Positions 48,285-58,894 of a DNA stretch of 64,000 nt are shown one piece after another. The notes beneath the pieces were generated by a model, which saw only the letters and a program-made list of their open reading frames with translations, did no database searches and was not told the origin of the DNA. This DNA comes from Minisyncoccia bacterium (lineage in GTDB: Bacteria; Patescibacteriota; Minisyncoccia; Phycocordibacterales; UBA918), in assembly GCA_046293175.1 (NCBI GenBank), contig JBKBPM010000001.1, positions 4,484-68,483 of the forward strand, in the 5' to 3' direction. Made by a program: the position numbers and the translations under genes. Numbering within the stretch: the first letter of the stretch is position 1; each line of letters starts with the position of its first letter.

Positions 48285-49148
48285 ATGAAAGAATTACAAA
48301 TCGGATTTATCGGACAAGGGTTTATTGGCAAGCATCTCGCTGACGATTTTGCTGAACGAGGATTTACCATTGTCCGGTACGCGCTTGAACCAGAGTTTGC
48401 TGACAACAAAGACGCCATCAAAGACTGTGATATCGTTTTTATTGCGGTACCAACCCCAACGACACCAACTGGTTTTGATTCCCGAATTCTTGAGGCAGTT
48501 TTGCCACTGGTGGGGGCTGGTAAAACGGCAGTAATTAAATCAACGATGTTGCCAGGTACGACCCTACGACTCCAAAAGCAATTTCCTGATATTGTGGTAC
48601 TCCACAGTCCAGAGTTTTTGCGAGAGAAGAGTGCGCGTGAAGATACCAAAGAACCACTCCGTAATATTGTTGGCATGCCAATTGCAGATGAAGCGCATCA
48701 AACAGCAGCTGAGCAAGTGATGGCAGTTTTGCCGAATAGTCCGTTTACTCTGATCACCGGTGCGGCTGAAGCCGAGCTCATTAAGTATGCAGGTAACAAT
48801 TTCCTCGCACTGAAGGTCATCTTTATGAATATTATCTACGATGCCGCTGAGGCTGTTGGTGCCAACTATTCTTTGATTGCCGAAGCCATGAAAGCCGATC
48901 CGCGGATTGGAACGAGTCATATGAACGTAATTGATCAAAGTGGTCACCCAGGGAGTGTGCCGGGACGAGGGGCGGGCGGACACTGCTTTCCGAAAGACTG
49001 GGCAGCCTTCACCGATTGGTATAGAGCAACTTGTGCTGATGACACTGCCGGCCAGGCTGTGCTTGATGCCGTAGAGAAAAAGAATATTGATTTGCTTCGC
49101 AGTAGTCAAAAAGATCTCGACTTACTCGCTGGTATTTACGGCGCGTAA
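48285..49148 (+). CDS. Short UDP-glucose/GDP-mannose dehydrogenase-family protein
   Basis: GQGFIG, AVPTP, KSTMLPGT, PEFLRE, GGHCFPKD; C-terminal domain absent. Confidence 0.88.
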   Translation: MKELQIGFIGQGFIGKHLADDFAERGFTIVRYALEPEFADNKDAIKDCDIVFIAVPTPTTPTGFDSRILEAVLPLVGAGKTAVIKSTMLPGTTLRLQKQFPDIVVLHSPEFLREKSAREDTKEPLRNIVGMPIADEAHQTAAEQVMAVLPNSPFTLITGAAEAELIKYAGNNFLALKVIFMNIIYDAAEAVGANYSLIAEAMKADPRIGTSHMNVIDQSGHPGSVPGRGAGGHCFPKDWAAFTDWYRATCADDTAGQAVLDAVEKKNIDLLRSSQKDLDLLAGIYGA

Positions 49149-49168
49149 TGAGATAGATTTTATTTTAT

Positions 49169-50179
49169 ATGTCCACCCCAAAGACCAAAGTTGTGGTAGT
49201 TGGTGGTGGTACCGGTACTTACACACTGTTGCGAGGACTGAGGCAGTATCATAATGAGCTTGATATTACAGCAATTGTGACGATGGCTGATTCCGGTGGT
49301 TCGACCGGTCGGCTTCGTGATGAATTCGGACAGTTGCCGGTAGGGGATGTGAGACAGGCGCTCGCTGCCTTGGCTCCTGATGTACCAGGCGCCAAGAATC
49401 TCTTACGCGATTTATTTTTGTACCGCTTCAAAAGTGGGGAAGGACTCTCTGGTCACAATTTTGGCAACCTCTTTTTAACTGCGCTCACCGATATGCTCGG
49501 TAGTGAAGCAGAAGCCATTGAAGCGGCTGGAGTATTGCTGCGTATCGAAGGGAAGGTGATCCCGGTGACCACCGACAAGGCCCATCTTGCTGCAACTTTT
49601 AGTTCTGGTCGAACCGTGGTTGGTGAACATGAGATTGATGAACCGAAACCAGAACATATTCATGATCGAATTACGACGCTCTTTCTGACCCCAATAGCGA
49701 AGCTTTCAGTTGAGGCAAAAGAGGCACTTTTGTCTGCCGACTGTATTATTTTTGGGCCGGGTGATTTTTATACGAGTATTCTCGCGAATGCGGTCGTGAC
49801 TGGTTTTGCCGACGCTGTGAAGGAGAGTCAGGCGACTATACTGTTTGTGGCTAATTTGATGGCGAGGCCTGGGCAGACAATTGGCATGCACCTCGCTGAC
49901 TATGTAACGGAGTTTCATCGCTACGTGTCTGTTTTGCCAGATCTCATTGTGGTGCCAGACACGCTGTTGCCAGGAGAGCTTGTACAGCACTATGCCGATA
50001 CCGAAGGTGTGCATCCAGTCTCGCATCAGATCACTGATGAGCGAATCAAGCTGCATGCTGCACCAATCATAAACCAAGAACGTTTTTTGCCAGAGGCTGG
50101 TGACGTACTTATTCGAAGTCTCATTCGTCACGATAGTGACGCGCTAGCGGCAGCAATTGTCGGTCTGCTCCACAGATGA
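49169..50179 (+). CDS. YvcK/GlmR-family UDP-GlcNAc-binding protein
   Basis: GGGTG, ADSGGSTGRLR, GHNFGNL, GPGDFYTS, RHD. Confidence 0.9.
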   Translation: MSTPKTKVVVVGGGTGTYTLLRGLRQYHNELDITAIVTMADSGGSTGRLRDEFGQLPVGDVRQALAALAPDVPGAKNLLRDLFLYRFKSGEGLSGHNFGNLFLTALTDMLGSEAEAIEAAGVLLRIEGKVIPVTTDKAHLAATFSSGRTVVGEHEIDEPKPEHIHDRITTLFLTPIAKLSVEAKEALLSADCIIFGPGDFYTSILANAVVTGFADAVKESQATILFVANLMARPGQTIGMHLADYVTEFHRYVSVLPDLIVVPDTLLPGELVQHYADTEGVHPVSHQITDERIKLHAAPIINQERFLPEAGDVLIRSLIRHDSDALAAAIVGLLHR

Positions 50180-50219
50180 CGCATCTCTTGTTTTCAAAAC
50201 ACAGTATACTAGTGACAGT

Positions 50220-51509
50220 ATGGAAGACGGTCAATATATCAAAGACGCTCAACGGTCACTTGATTCGATTCTTCGTAATGGTCGCCAGAAAAACCAAACG
50301 GCAGCAATACCAGAAGTTTCAGTGAGCGAAGCCCGTCAATCGCCGGTAGCGGAACTCACTTCAACCCGTACTAAGACTCGGGTGTTGTTTATTACTACTG
50401 ATACCAGCATGCTCAATCAAGCCACCAAGTCGCTTGACGGCTTCACGGCTATCAGAGACCTCTTTCATGAGGTGCATATAATGGTATTGCGAACTGGTAT
50501 CAAGCCAAAAAATCCCGTACTGCGTATTGATAACAATACCTGGCTCTATACGGTGACAGCCAAATATGCCTGGCAGTTACCGTTTTTTGGCTGGTCAATG
50601 TTGGCCAAAGAGCTCACCTTTGCTGAAGGTTTTAGACCAGATATTATTGTGGCGCGTGAAGTAGGGGTGAGTGCCTTTTGCGCGTATGGAGCGGGTACCT
50701 ATTATGGCCGTTCTATACAACTGCATATTCCAGAACGTCACCGACAGGCCGCCAAGTGGCTAGAGCGCAAATTTGAGGCTTGGCTCATCCGACTCTTTCC
50801 AAGTATTCGTGTTACGACCGAAGAGCTTGCAAAGTCATACCAGGCAGCACTTGGAGAAGATTATGATGTTGCTATCTTGCCGCGGTACCGCGGGTATATC
50901 AATGATTTTACGGGTAAGCAGGGAACATACCTTCGTACTAAATACCCGCAATTTAGTTTCATCGTATTGTATGTAGGTGACCTGATACCAACATCAACTG
51001 CTTTTAGTGCCATTGATGCGGTGCGGGGTATTTTGCGCAACCCACGAGTTGGTTTTTTGATGGTGGGAAATGGAACCGGAGTTATGGAGTGCGAACGCCG
51101 AGCGGAACTCTTGGGTATTAAAGATCAGGTAGTGATTGAACGTCGAGCTGATGACATTGCCGCCTACATGAGCAGCGCTGATGTGCTTCTGGTGACTGAT
51201 GTTGACGCTACTGCCGATGAGGTGGCATTGTACGGAGCAGCGGCTGGTACTCCTACCGTCATGACGAAGACGGCCCTGCGTGAAGATATCTTCGTCGATG
51301 GTGAATCTGCCTACCTGGTATCTGATGCCCGCTCAAACCGTATTGGTGAGATTTTAGTACGCTTATTAAATAATAATACCGATCGACTTCTCATGCGCGA
51401 TCGCAGTAGGCAAGCCGTGGTGAGTCGTCTCTCGACTAGTCAAAGCGACTACGAACGAGCCTTTCGGGCCAGTATTGAGGAGGCGCTTTTATACGAAGTC
51501 TCATCATAG
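50220..51509 (+). CDS. Degenerate GT4-fold protein
   Basis: RPDIIVA, VLYVGDL, YMSSADVLL; E-x7-E motif not evident. Confidence 0.7.
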   Translation: MEDGQYIKDAQRSLDSILRNGRQKNQTAAIPEVSVSEARQSPVAELTSTRTKTRVLFITTDTSMLNQATKSLDGFTAIRDLFHEVHIMVLRTGIKPKNPVLRIDNNTWLYTVTAKYAWQLPFFGWSMLAKELTFAEGFRPDIIVAREVGVSAFCAYGAGTYYGRSIQLHIPERHRQAAKWLERKFEAWLIRLFPSIRVTTEELAKSYQAALGEDYDVAILPRYRGYINDFTGKQGTYLRTKYPQFSFIVLYVGDLIPTSTAFSAIDAVRGILRNPRVGFLMVGNGTGVMECERRAELLGIKDQVVIERRADDIAAYMSSADVLLVTDVDATADEVALYGAAAGTPTVMTKTALREDIFVDGESAYLVSDARSNRIGEILVRLLNNNTDRLLMRDRSRQAVVSRLSTSQSDYERAFRASIEEALLYEVSS

Positions 51510-51559
51510 CAGTACCTGTTTCTGTTTGACGGCATGGTACACTTTTACTACAGATTTTT

Positions 51560-52387
51560 ATGAAAATGCGACATGGCCCAGCGTTTATTGGTATCGGTGC
51601 CTCACATGCCGGACTGACACAAGTCACTAAATGGCTTAGTGAACATGAAGCAGTTACTGATACTATAGTGGCAGGAAATTTTTTTAATACCGAAGCCTTT
51701 ACAAAAAAAGGTCTTGCTTGGTATGAGAACCGCATCGGTTGTGGTCAAGAGAACAAGGGAAAGTTGTGTGGTGATGTCACTGCTGGCTATTTGGTAGATA
51801 AAGATGTACCGAAACGCATTGCGACCACATATGGTGATGCTAAACTTTTTTTGATTGTCAGGCATCCTCTCAAACGGGCACTCCAGGCGTACCTTACAAA
51901 TCAATCTATTGATAAGTCAGCCGGTCATTTATCAGCTGCTGCATATTTGGCGAAAGAAACAGCCATTCAAACAGAGAGCTACTACGCTGATCACTTGGCG
52001 TATTACTACGAGTATTATGCACCGGTAAATCTTCATATTATTGTGTACGAAGATTTAGTAGCCGATCCAGTCAAGACTATGCAGGCACTCTATACGTACC
52101 TGGAGATTGATGCTGGGGTAATTCCAAAAAGCCTTAAACATCTTGCGCCTCCACCGGAGCCACCAAAAAACCCAGGTCTCATCAAACGTACGCGCATGCG
52201 CATCCATTCGTTGTATAAGCGACTCCGCGCACGTCCAGTCGGGCCACTGTTTCCGCCAGAGCCAGATATAGACAGTCTGCTTTCACCAGAAGAAAAGCAG
52301 CTTTTTGTGGCGAGTCTGCGACCAGCGACCGATCGGCTGTCGCATATAGTAGGGAGGGATATGCTTTCTTTCTGGGACCTCTCCTAG
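51560..52387 (+). CDS. Sulfotransferase-fold protein (degenerate PAPS motifs)
   Basis: FIGIGASHAGLT, RHPLKRA, YEDLVADP. Confidence 0.75.
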   Translation: MKMRHGPAFIGIGASHAGLTQVTKWLSEHEAVTDTIVAGNFFNTEAFTKKGLAWYENRIGCGQENKGKLCGDVTAGYLVDKDVPKRIATTYGDAKLFLIVRHPLKRALQAYLTNQSIDKSAGHLSAAAYLAKETAIQTESYYADHLAYYYEYYAPVNLHIIVYEDLVADPVKTMQALYTYLEIDAGVIPKSLKHLAPPPEPPKNPGLIKRTRMRIHSLYKRLRARPVGPLFPPEPDIDSLLSPEEKQLFVASLRPATDRLSHIVGRDMLSFWDLS

Positions 52388-52624
52388 ATTTCACCAACTA
52401 ACCCCATCTTCTTTGTTGTCATCGTCAAAGAAAAAGTCATTGTATATCTAATACGCCTCCTTTTTCTTTTCCTCGACGCCGCGAATCTGCGGTCATTTGC
52501 TGAAATCTAGAACTGGAATTTGTTATTAATGAGAAATTTGTGACTACTGACCGTAGAAAGACATTAGGAATAGGTGTTCGTCTAGAGATGGTCGGTTTTT
52601 TGCCTGTGGTATAGTAGTAGCCAT

Positions 52625-54844
52625 ATGAAAGATATTTTGCAAGGTATTATTTATGTTGGTTTGTTTGCGGTACCATTTTTAACCCTATACGTCGCAAACG
52701 AAAACTTTTTTCCATACATTACCGGTAAGAATTTCTGGTTCCGTATCATCGTCGAAATTGTTTTAGCCGCTTACGTTATTCTCGCACTCCTCGATACCAC
52801 TTTCCGGCCACGCTTTTCTTGGCTTTTGGTAACCTTCAGTGCTCTGCTTGGCGTGATGCTTATTGCGACACTGCAGGCTGAACATGTGACTACAGCGCTC
52901 TGGAGTAATTTTGAGCGTATGGATGGCTATGTCACTCTTGTACACGTCTTCTTATACTTCTTGGTATTGGCTAGTATGTTCAAGAGTCGAGCAATTTGGA
53001 CCTACTTCCTCAACACTACCGTCGGTGTGGCGGCACTGGTAGCGCTGAATGGCGTGGCTCAGCTTTCCGGTGGTACCACGCGTGTTGATAGTACACTTGG
53101 AAACGCTGCCTACATGGCCGTGTATATGCTCTTCCATATCTTTATTGCAGCGTTCCTCTTTGCTCGCACGAAGGTGGTTCCATACCGCGTCATTTATGGC
53201 TTGTTGATTGTGCTCTTTGTGTTTGTGCTCTTGCAAACCGGTACTCGAGGTACGGCTATTGGTCTTGCGACTGGATCACTTGCGATGGTGGCGTATATGG
53301 TGCTTTTTGCTACCAAGAATCCGCAGATTCGGCGCTACGCGGTGATTGCTACAGTGGCGCTTGTTGTGGTGTTCTCTGGCTTCTTTGCCGTTCGTGATTC
53401 AGCCTATATCCAGAGTAAGCCAGCCTTAGCTCGTATTGCGAACATTGATCTTGGTAACGACCTTCGTGTCCGTTCAATTATTTGGGGTATGTCTATTGAG
53501 GGAGTAAAAGAACGACCACTCTTTGGTTGGGGGAATGGTAACTTCAACTACGTCTTTAATGAACAGTACGACCCTCGTCTCTATGGTCAGGAACAGTGGT
53601 TTGATCGGGTGCACAATATTGTATTTGATTGGCTGATTGCTGGCGGTGTGGTTGGCTTGTTAGCGTACGGCAGTATCTTTGCGGCCATATTCTATTACCT
53701 TATTATCGTCGCTTGGCGAAAGGAGAGTGCAATTCCGGTAATGGAACGTGGTATTTTGGTTGGTTTGACTGTGGGGTACATGACGCACAACCTGGTGGTG
53801 TTTGACAATATCATTAGTTACATTTTCTTTGCGGTTCTCCTGGCTCTGGTGCACAGTTACTACAGTGAGGAATGGGGTGGTTTCATGAAGCGATCATTAC
53901 CAAAGCCAATTGTGACGCAGATTGTGGCACCTATCATCGTCGTGCTCGCTGTTGTTTTTGTCTACGTCGTCAACGTACCAGGAATGCGTGCCGCATCAGG
54001 TATTATTGATGCGTTTCGTACCCAAGATATTGCACAGCGTCTCTCCATCTTTGAAGAGATTTTGGCACTTAACTCGTTTGCCCAGCAAGAAATTGTTGAG
54101 CAGCTTGCCCAGCAGGCGATGGGTATTGCCCAGAATCCTGGAGCTATTGACCCTGCCCTACGCGATAAGTTTTTGGCTACTGCCGAATCAGAATTGCAAA
54201 AGATGGTGCAAAAGAAGCCCGGGGACGCTCGACTTCATGTCTTCCTCTCGAGTTACTATCGTGCGACTGGTGATCAGGCCAAGGCACAGGCTGAACTTGC
54301 TATCGCTCGTTCATTGTCACCAAAGAAGCAAGCGATTATTCTCCAGCAGGGTGCAGTAGAAATTGCCCTTGGCAACAACGAAGCGGCGCGTGATTTCTTT
54401 GCGGAGGCATTCCGACTGGATGAAACCAACGATGAGGCGCGCGAGTACTATTACGCCTCACTCTTGTTTACGGGTGAATTAGAACAGGCAGATGGTCTTT
54501 TGGCTTCAACCACACCTGAATTCAAAGATCGTATTGCCAATAGTGATTTTGTCTTCTCGGCACTTAATCAAGCAAAGCAGTATGAAACACTCGCCGGTCT
54601 CTACGAACAACGTGTGCTTGCTACACCTGATAATGCGCAGCAGTGGGCAAGTCTGGCCTTCCTCTACTACCAGCTTGGTCAAGAAGCTTCAACCACTAAT
54701 AAAGATCGTCAGCGAATTATGACAGATAAGGCAATTGAGACATTGGCTCGAGGAGCTAAAGCTGTACCAACCTTTGCACCGACAGCAGAGTGTGTATCAA
54801 CAAATCTCAAGGCCGGACGAGCACCTGAGGTGGGTTGTCAGTAG
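52625..54844 (+). CDS. O-antigen ligase (Wzy_C) with C-terminal TPR region
   Basis: STLGNA, TGTRG, RPLFGWG, DRVHN; TPR-like helices. Confidence 0.88.
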   Translation: MKDILQGIIYVGLFAVPFLTLYVANENFFPYITGKNFWFRIIVEIVLAAYVILALLDTTFRPRFSWLLVTFSALLGVMLIATLQAEHVTTALWSNFERMDGYVTLVHVFLYFLVLASMFKSRAIWTYFLNTTVGVAALVALNGVAQLSGGTTRVDSTLGNAAYMAVYMLFHIFIAAFLFARTKVVPYRVIYGLLIVLFVFVLLQTGTRGTAIGLATGSLAMVAYMVLFATKNPQIRRYAVIATVALVVVFSGFFAVRDSAYIQSKPALARIANIDLGNDLRVRSIIWGMSIEGVKERPLFGWGNGNFNYVFNEQYDPRLYGQEQWFDRVHNIVFDWLIAGGVVGLLAYGSIFAAIFYYLIIVAWRKESAIPVMERGILVGLTVGYMTHNLVVFDNIISYIFFAVLLALVHSYYSEEWGGFMKRSLPKPIVTQIVAPIIVVLAVVFVYVVNVPGMRAASGIIDAFRTQDIAQRLSIFEEILALNSFAQQEIVEQLAQQAMGIAQNPGAIDPALRDKFLATAESELQKMVQKKPGDARLHVFLSSYYRATGDQAKAQAELAIARSLSPKKQAIILQQGAVEIALGNNEAARDFFAEAFRLDETNDEAREYYYASLLFTGELEQADGLLASTTPEFKDRIANSDFVFSALNQAKQYETLAGLYEQRVLATPDNAQQWASLAFLYYQLGQEASTTNKDRQRIMTDKAIETLARGAKAVPTFAPTAECVSTNLKAGRAPEVGCQ

Positions 54845-54854
54845 TAACTATTTC

Positions 54855-55889
54855 ATGGCTGATTTAGTGGTACTGGAGAAGGTCTCCCTCGCAGAGCATA
54901 CAACCCTCAAAGTTGGTGGTACCGCGCGCTATTTCATTACCGCTACGAGTGAAGCAGAGGTGGCAGAAGCAGTGCAGTTTGCACATGAGCGGCAATTACC
55001 GCTTTTTGTGCTTGGAGCAGGTTCAAATGTGCTTGCAAGTGATGGTGAGTATGCTGGTGTGGTACTTAATATTCGTCTACTGGGTAAAGAAGCAATTGTT
55101 GACGAAAGTACTAACTCGGTGCTTTTTACCGTTGGTGCTGGTGAAGATCTCGACACGATTATTGCTCATACTGTTCTATCTGGTTGGTGGGGGATAGAAA
55201 ACCTCTCGGCTATCCCGAGCTCAATTGGTGCTGTTCCAGTGCAAAATGTGGGAGCCTACGGCGTCGAGGCGAGTCAGGTGATTGTGTCAGTGCGGGTGTA
55301 TAACGGGGAGACAAAACAGATTGAAACGTGGATCGCTAGTCAGTGTGCATTTGCGTATCGTGACTCAATCTTCAAACATGAAAGAGGGCGGCAAGCGATA
55401 GTACTGGCAGTTACGTTCCGATTATCGGTAACACCCACACCTCATTTAAGCTACAAAGATCTAGTCGAGTATTTTGGTGATACAACACCTACTCAGGCTG
55501 CGATTCGTGCAGCGATTATTGCTATTCGGGGAAAGAAATTTCCCGATTGGCGAGTGGTTGGTACCGCTGGTTCATTCTTCAAAAATCCTATCATTCCATC
55601 GACCCAGGCTGCATTACTCAAAGAGCAGTACCCAGAGCTTCCCGTTTATGATACCGATACTGCTGATCAAAAAAAGGTATCATTAGGATACGTGCTTGAT
55701 AAAATTTGTCACCTCAAAGGATACTGCGATGGACCAGTTTGTCTCTATCAAGAGCAGGCTCTTGTGCTTACTGTGGTTCCAGGTACTGGTGCTGATGTAG
55801 TCACTGCTTTCGCAAAAAAAATTGCCGAAAAAGTTTTTGCTACAACAAATATTTCAATTGAGTGGGAAGTAGTTTTACTTTCGAACTGA
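54855..55889 (+). CDS. murB: UDP-N-acetylenolpyruvoylglucosamine reductase
   Basis: LGAGSNVL, PVQNVGAYGVE, FAYRDSIFK, AGSFFKNP. Confidence 0.95.
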   Translation: MADLVVLEKVSLAEHTTLKVGGTARYFITATSEAEVAEAVQFAHERQLPLFVLGAGSNVLASDGEYAGVVLNIRLLGKEAIVDESTNSVLFTVGAGEDLDTIIAHTVLSGWWGIENLSAIPSSIGAVPVQNVGAYGVEASQVIVSVRVYNGETKQIETWIASQCAFAYRDSIFKHERGRQAIVLAVTFRLSVTPTPHLSYKDLVEYFGDTTPTQAAIRAAIIAIRGKKFPDWRVVGTAGSFFKNPIIPSTQAALLKEQYPELPVYDTDTADQKKVSLGYVLDKICHLKGYCDGPVCLYQEQALVLTVVPGTGADVVTAFAKKIAEKVFATTNISIEWEVVLLSN

Positions 55890-56080
55890 TAAGGAGAAAA
55901 AATTTCTTATTTAAATTTTTTAATTTTTTCTTATCCACACAAATTGTGTGAAAACAAATTGTATGAAAAAAAATTACACGTGATAATAGATGTAAGCAGA
56001 CATTCTCTCAAACAGTTCTTTCTTTAAGGTGAGAGAGTCATGCGGTCGAAATTTATTCAACTAACTCTCATCACACATAT

Positions 56081-56224
56081 ATGGCAGTAGCAAAGAAGAA
56101 GGCCGCTAAGAAAGTAGCCAAGAAAGCAGTGAAGAAGGCTCCAGCAAAGAAGAAGGTAGCCAAGAAAGCTGTAAAGAAGGCTGCCCCTAAGAAGGCCGCA
56201 AAAAAGGTAGCAAAGCGCAAGTAA
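56081..56224 (+). CDS. 47-aa histone H1-like Lys/Ala-rich protein
   Basis: MAVAKKKAAKKVAKKAVKKAPAKKKVAKKAVKKAAPKKAAKKVAKRK; terminator at ~56247-56274; not in ORF track. Confidence 0.85.
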   Translation: MAVAKKKAAKKVAKKAVKKAPAKKKVAKKAVKKAAPKKAAKKVAKRK

Positions 56225-56318
56225 GACACCTCCGTGTCGAACTAATAGCAAAAACCGCTTCTAGCGGTTTTTGCTTTGTCTTTGTGTTTCCTATAAAAAA
56301 CGGTATACTTTGCAGGCT

Positions 56319-58832
56319 ATGTCATTTTTAGATAGATTTTTTGGCCCTAGTTATCAAAAAGAGCTTACCGCACTTACTCCATTGGTGGCTGAAATTAATG
56401 GACTCGAATCAGTGTATGCTTCGTCTACCATTACTGATTTGCGTGAGGTTACTAAATCCTTGCAGGCAAAGTTGGCTGCGGATGAAGCTGAACTTGATGA
56501 TGTGCTTCCCACGGCTTTTGCGTTAGTACGGGAAGCCAGTAAACGTACCCTAGGGCTCCGTCATTATGACGTGCAGCTTATGGGTGGTATTCTCCTCCAT
56601 CGCGGTAAAATCACTGAAATGCGCACTGGAGAAGGAAAGACACTAGTGGGGACACTCCCAGCCTTTCTCAATGCTCTTGGCGGAAAGGGTGTCCATGTTG
56701 TGACAGTCAATGATTATCTGGCACGACGTGACGCGGTGTGGATGGGTCAGGTGTATGATCTCCTTGGTCTCTCAGTTGGTATTATTAATAGTACCGGTTC
56801 GTATATCTATGATGCGTCACACGTGGAAAAGGATCGAGAGCGTGATGATGTTGGTTCATACAAAGTTGTCTATGACTTTTTGCGGCCATGTACACGTACT
56901 GAAGCATATGCGGCTGATATTACCTACGGAACTAATAGTGAATTTGGTTTTGACTATCTCCGCGATAATATCGAATTCGATACTACTCGCTTGCGTCAAC
57001 GCGGGCATACGTACGCCATCATTGATGAAATTGACTCTATCTTGATTGACGAAGCAAGAACACCGCTTATTATTTCAGCGCCGGCTCAAGATTCTGAAAA
57101 CCTGTATGCTATTTTTGCTGGTATTGCGAAGCAGCTCAAGTTTGAAGAGCATTACGTGGTGGATGAAAAGCTTCGCAGTGCGACATTAACTAACGCTGGT
57201 ATTGAAGCGGCAGAAAAAATGCTCGGTGTAGACAATATCTATACTGACAAGGGTATCAAGTATGTACATCATCTTGAAACCGCTGTTCGTGCACAAGCAC
57301 TCTACACACGAGATAAGGAATACGTCGTACGAGACGGGGAGGTTGTCATTGTCGATGAGTTTACTGGTCGTTTGCAACCAGGTCGTCGCTGGTCTGACGG
57401 ACTCCACCAAGCCATTGAAGCCAAAGAAGGTGTGGCTGTGCAGCGTGAGTCGCGGACCTATGCGTCCATTACCTACCAGAACTATTTCCGTATGTACGAA
57501 AAGCTCTCTGGTATGACTGGTACGGCTCTCACCTCCGAAGAAGAGTTTTACACCGTATACAAGCTTGAGGTAGTGCCAGTACCAACCCATCGTCAGGTGT
57601 CCCGCGTTGATCACAATGATCTCATTTTTCAAAATGAAGCTGGAAAGTTTAAGGCGATTATTGCGCGGGTGAAAGAAATTAATCAAACCGGACAGCCTAT
57701 TCTTATTGGTACAGCATCAATTGAGGTCAACGAGCGTATGTCAGAGGCGCTTAAGAAAGCCGGAGTGGTGCATCAGGTACTCAATGCCAAGAATCACGAA
57801 CGTGAAGGGGAGATTATTGCTGCTGCCGGTATGAAAGGTGCTGTGACATTGGCTACTAACATGGCGGGTCGTGGCGTGGACATTAAACTTGGTGGACCGC
57901 AAGCCTCACCAGAACAAGCAGAAGAGGTCCGTAACCTCGGTGGTCTCTTTGTGTTGGGAACTGAGCGTCACGAAGCGAGACGTATTGATAACCAGCTTCG
58001 TGGTCGAGCCGGCCGACAAGGAGATCCTGGCGCAACCCAGTTCTATGTTTCCATGGAAGACTCTCTGATGCGTGTGTTCGGAGGGGAACGAGTCAAAAAC
58101 CTCATGGGCACCTTTGGCATTCCCGAAGATCAGCCAATTGAGATGAAACTCATCTCTCGCCAGCTAGAAGCTGCTCAAACTCGAATTGAAGGCTTCCATT
58201 TTGATTCCCGTAAGCAAATCTTGGCCTACGATGATGTACTTAACATGCAACGTATCTCGATTTATAATCGTCGTCATAAATTGCTGCATCAAGATGTAGC
58301 CGAACTTTCAGCAATTAAAGATGAGGTGATTGCCGTAGTTCCATCAGTCGCGGAGGTATTTGCCACCAAAGAGGCAGAATTCGGAACTGAGCATATGAAC
58401 CAGATGTTTTCACAGCTCTGCCTACAGATTATTGACTCGCTCTGGGTTGATCACCTCGAGTTGATGGGACATATTCGTTCGAGTGTAAATCTCCGTGCTT
58501 ATGGTCAGCGTGACCCACTCATTGAATATCGTCGCGAGGGGACAGAGGCATTTTTGGACCTCCAGCACACTATTCTCCATCGTATAGCTGAGGTGCTTCC
58601 GGTTATGCAGCCGGCGGTAATTGCCAAGGAAGAAGTAGCTCACCAAAAAGAAGCGGAAGCAGCTCTTAAGGCGAGTGAAGGTGGGGAGAAAAAAACTGCT
58701 CCCAAAGTAGCTGAGACTCTTCCAGGTCGCAATGATATCGTGACTGTCACGAATGGTGTGACGACCCAAACCATGAAATACAAAAAAGCAGAACCACTCT
58801 TAGCCTCAGGTTGGCAGCTGGTATCAAAGTAA
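56319..58832 (+). CDS. secA: Protein translocase subunit SecA
   Basis: MRTGEGKT, VNDYLARRD, IDEIDSILIDEARTPLIIS, ATNMAGRG, QLRGRAGRQGDPG. Confidence 0.98.
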   Translation: MSFLDRFFGPSYQKELTALTPLVAEINGLESVYASSTITDLREVTKSLQAKLAADEAELDDVLPTAFALVREASKRTLGLRHYDVQLMGGILLHRGKITEMRTGEGKTLVGTLPAFLNALGGKGVHVVTVNDYLARRDAVWMGQVYDLLGLSVGIINSTGSYIYDASHVEKDRERDDVGSYKVVYDFLRPCTRTEAYAADITYGTNSEFGFDYLRDNIEFDTTRLRQRGHTYAIIDEIDSILIDEARTPLIISAPAQDSENLYAIFAGIAKQLKFEEHYVVDEKLRSATLTNAGIEAAEKMLGVDNIYTDKGIKYVHHLETAVRAQALYTRDKEYVVRDGEVVIVDEFTGRLQPGRRWSDGLHQAIEAKEGVAVQRESRTYASITYQNYFRMYEKLSGMTGTALTSEEEFYTVYKLEVVPVPTHRQVSRVDHNDLIFQNEAGKFKAIIARVKEINQTGQPILIGTASIEVNERMSEALKKAGVVHQVLNAKNHEREGEIIAAAGMKGAVTLATNMAGRGVDIKLGGPQASPEQAEEVRNLGGLFVLGTERHEARRIDNQLRGRAGRQGDPGATQFYVSMEDSLMRVFGGERVKNLMGTFGIPEDQPIEMKLISRQLEAAQTRIEGFHFDSRKQILAYDDVLNMQRISIYNRRHKLLHQDVAELSAIKDEVIAVVPSVAEVFATKEAEFGTEHMNQMFSQLCLQIIDSLWVDHLELMGHIRSSVNLRAYGQRDPLIEYRREGTEAFLDLQHTILHRIAEVLPVMQPAVIAKEEVAHQKEAEAALKASEGGEKKTAPKVAETLPGRNDIVTVTNGVTTQTMKYKKAEPLLASGWQLVSK

Positions 58833-58894
58833 CTATCACCAGAGGAGCCAAAAAACACCCATTGTAGGGTGTTTTTTGGTATACTTGCAATAAT

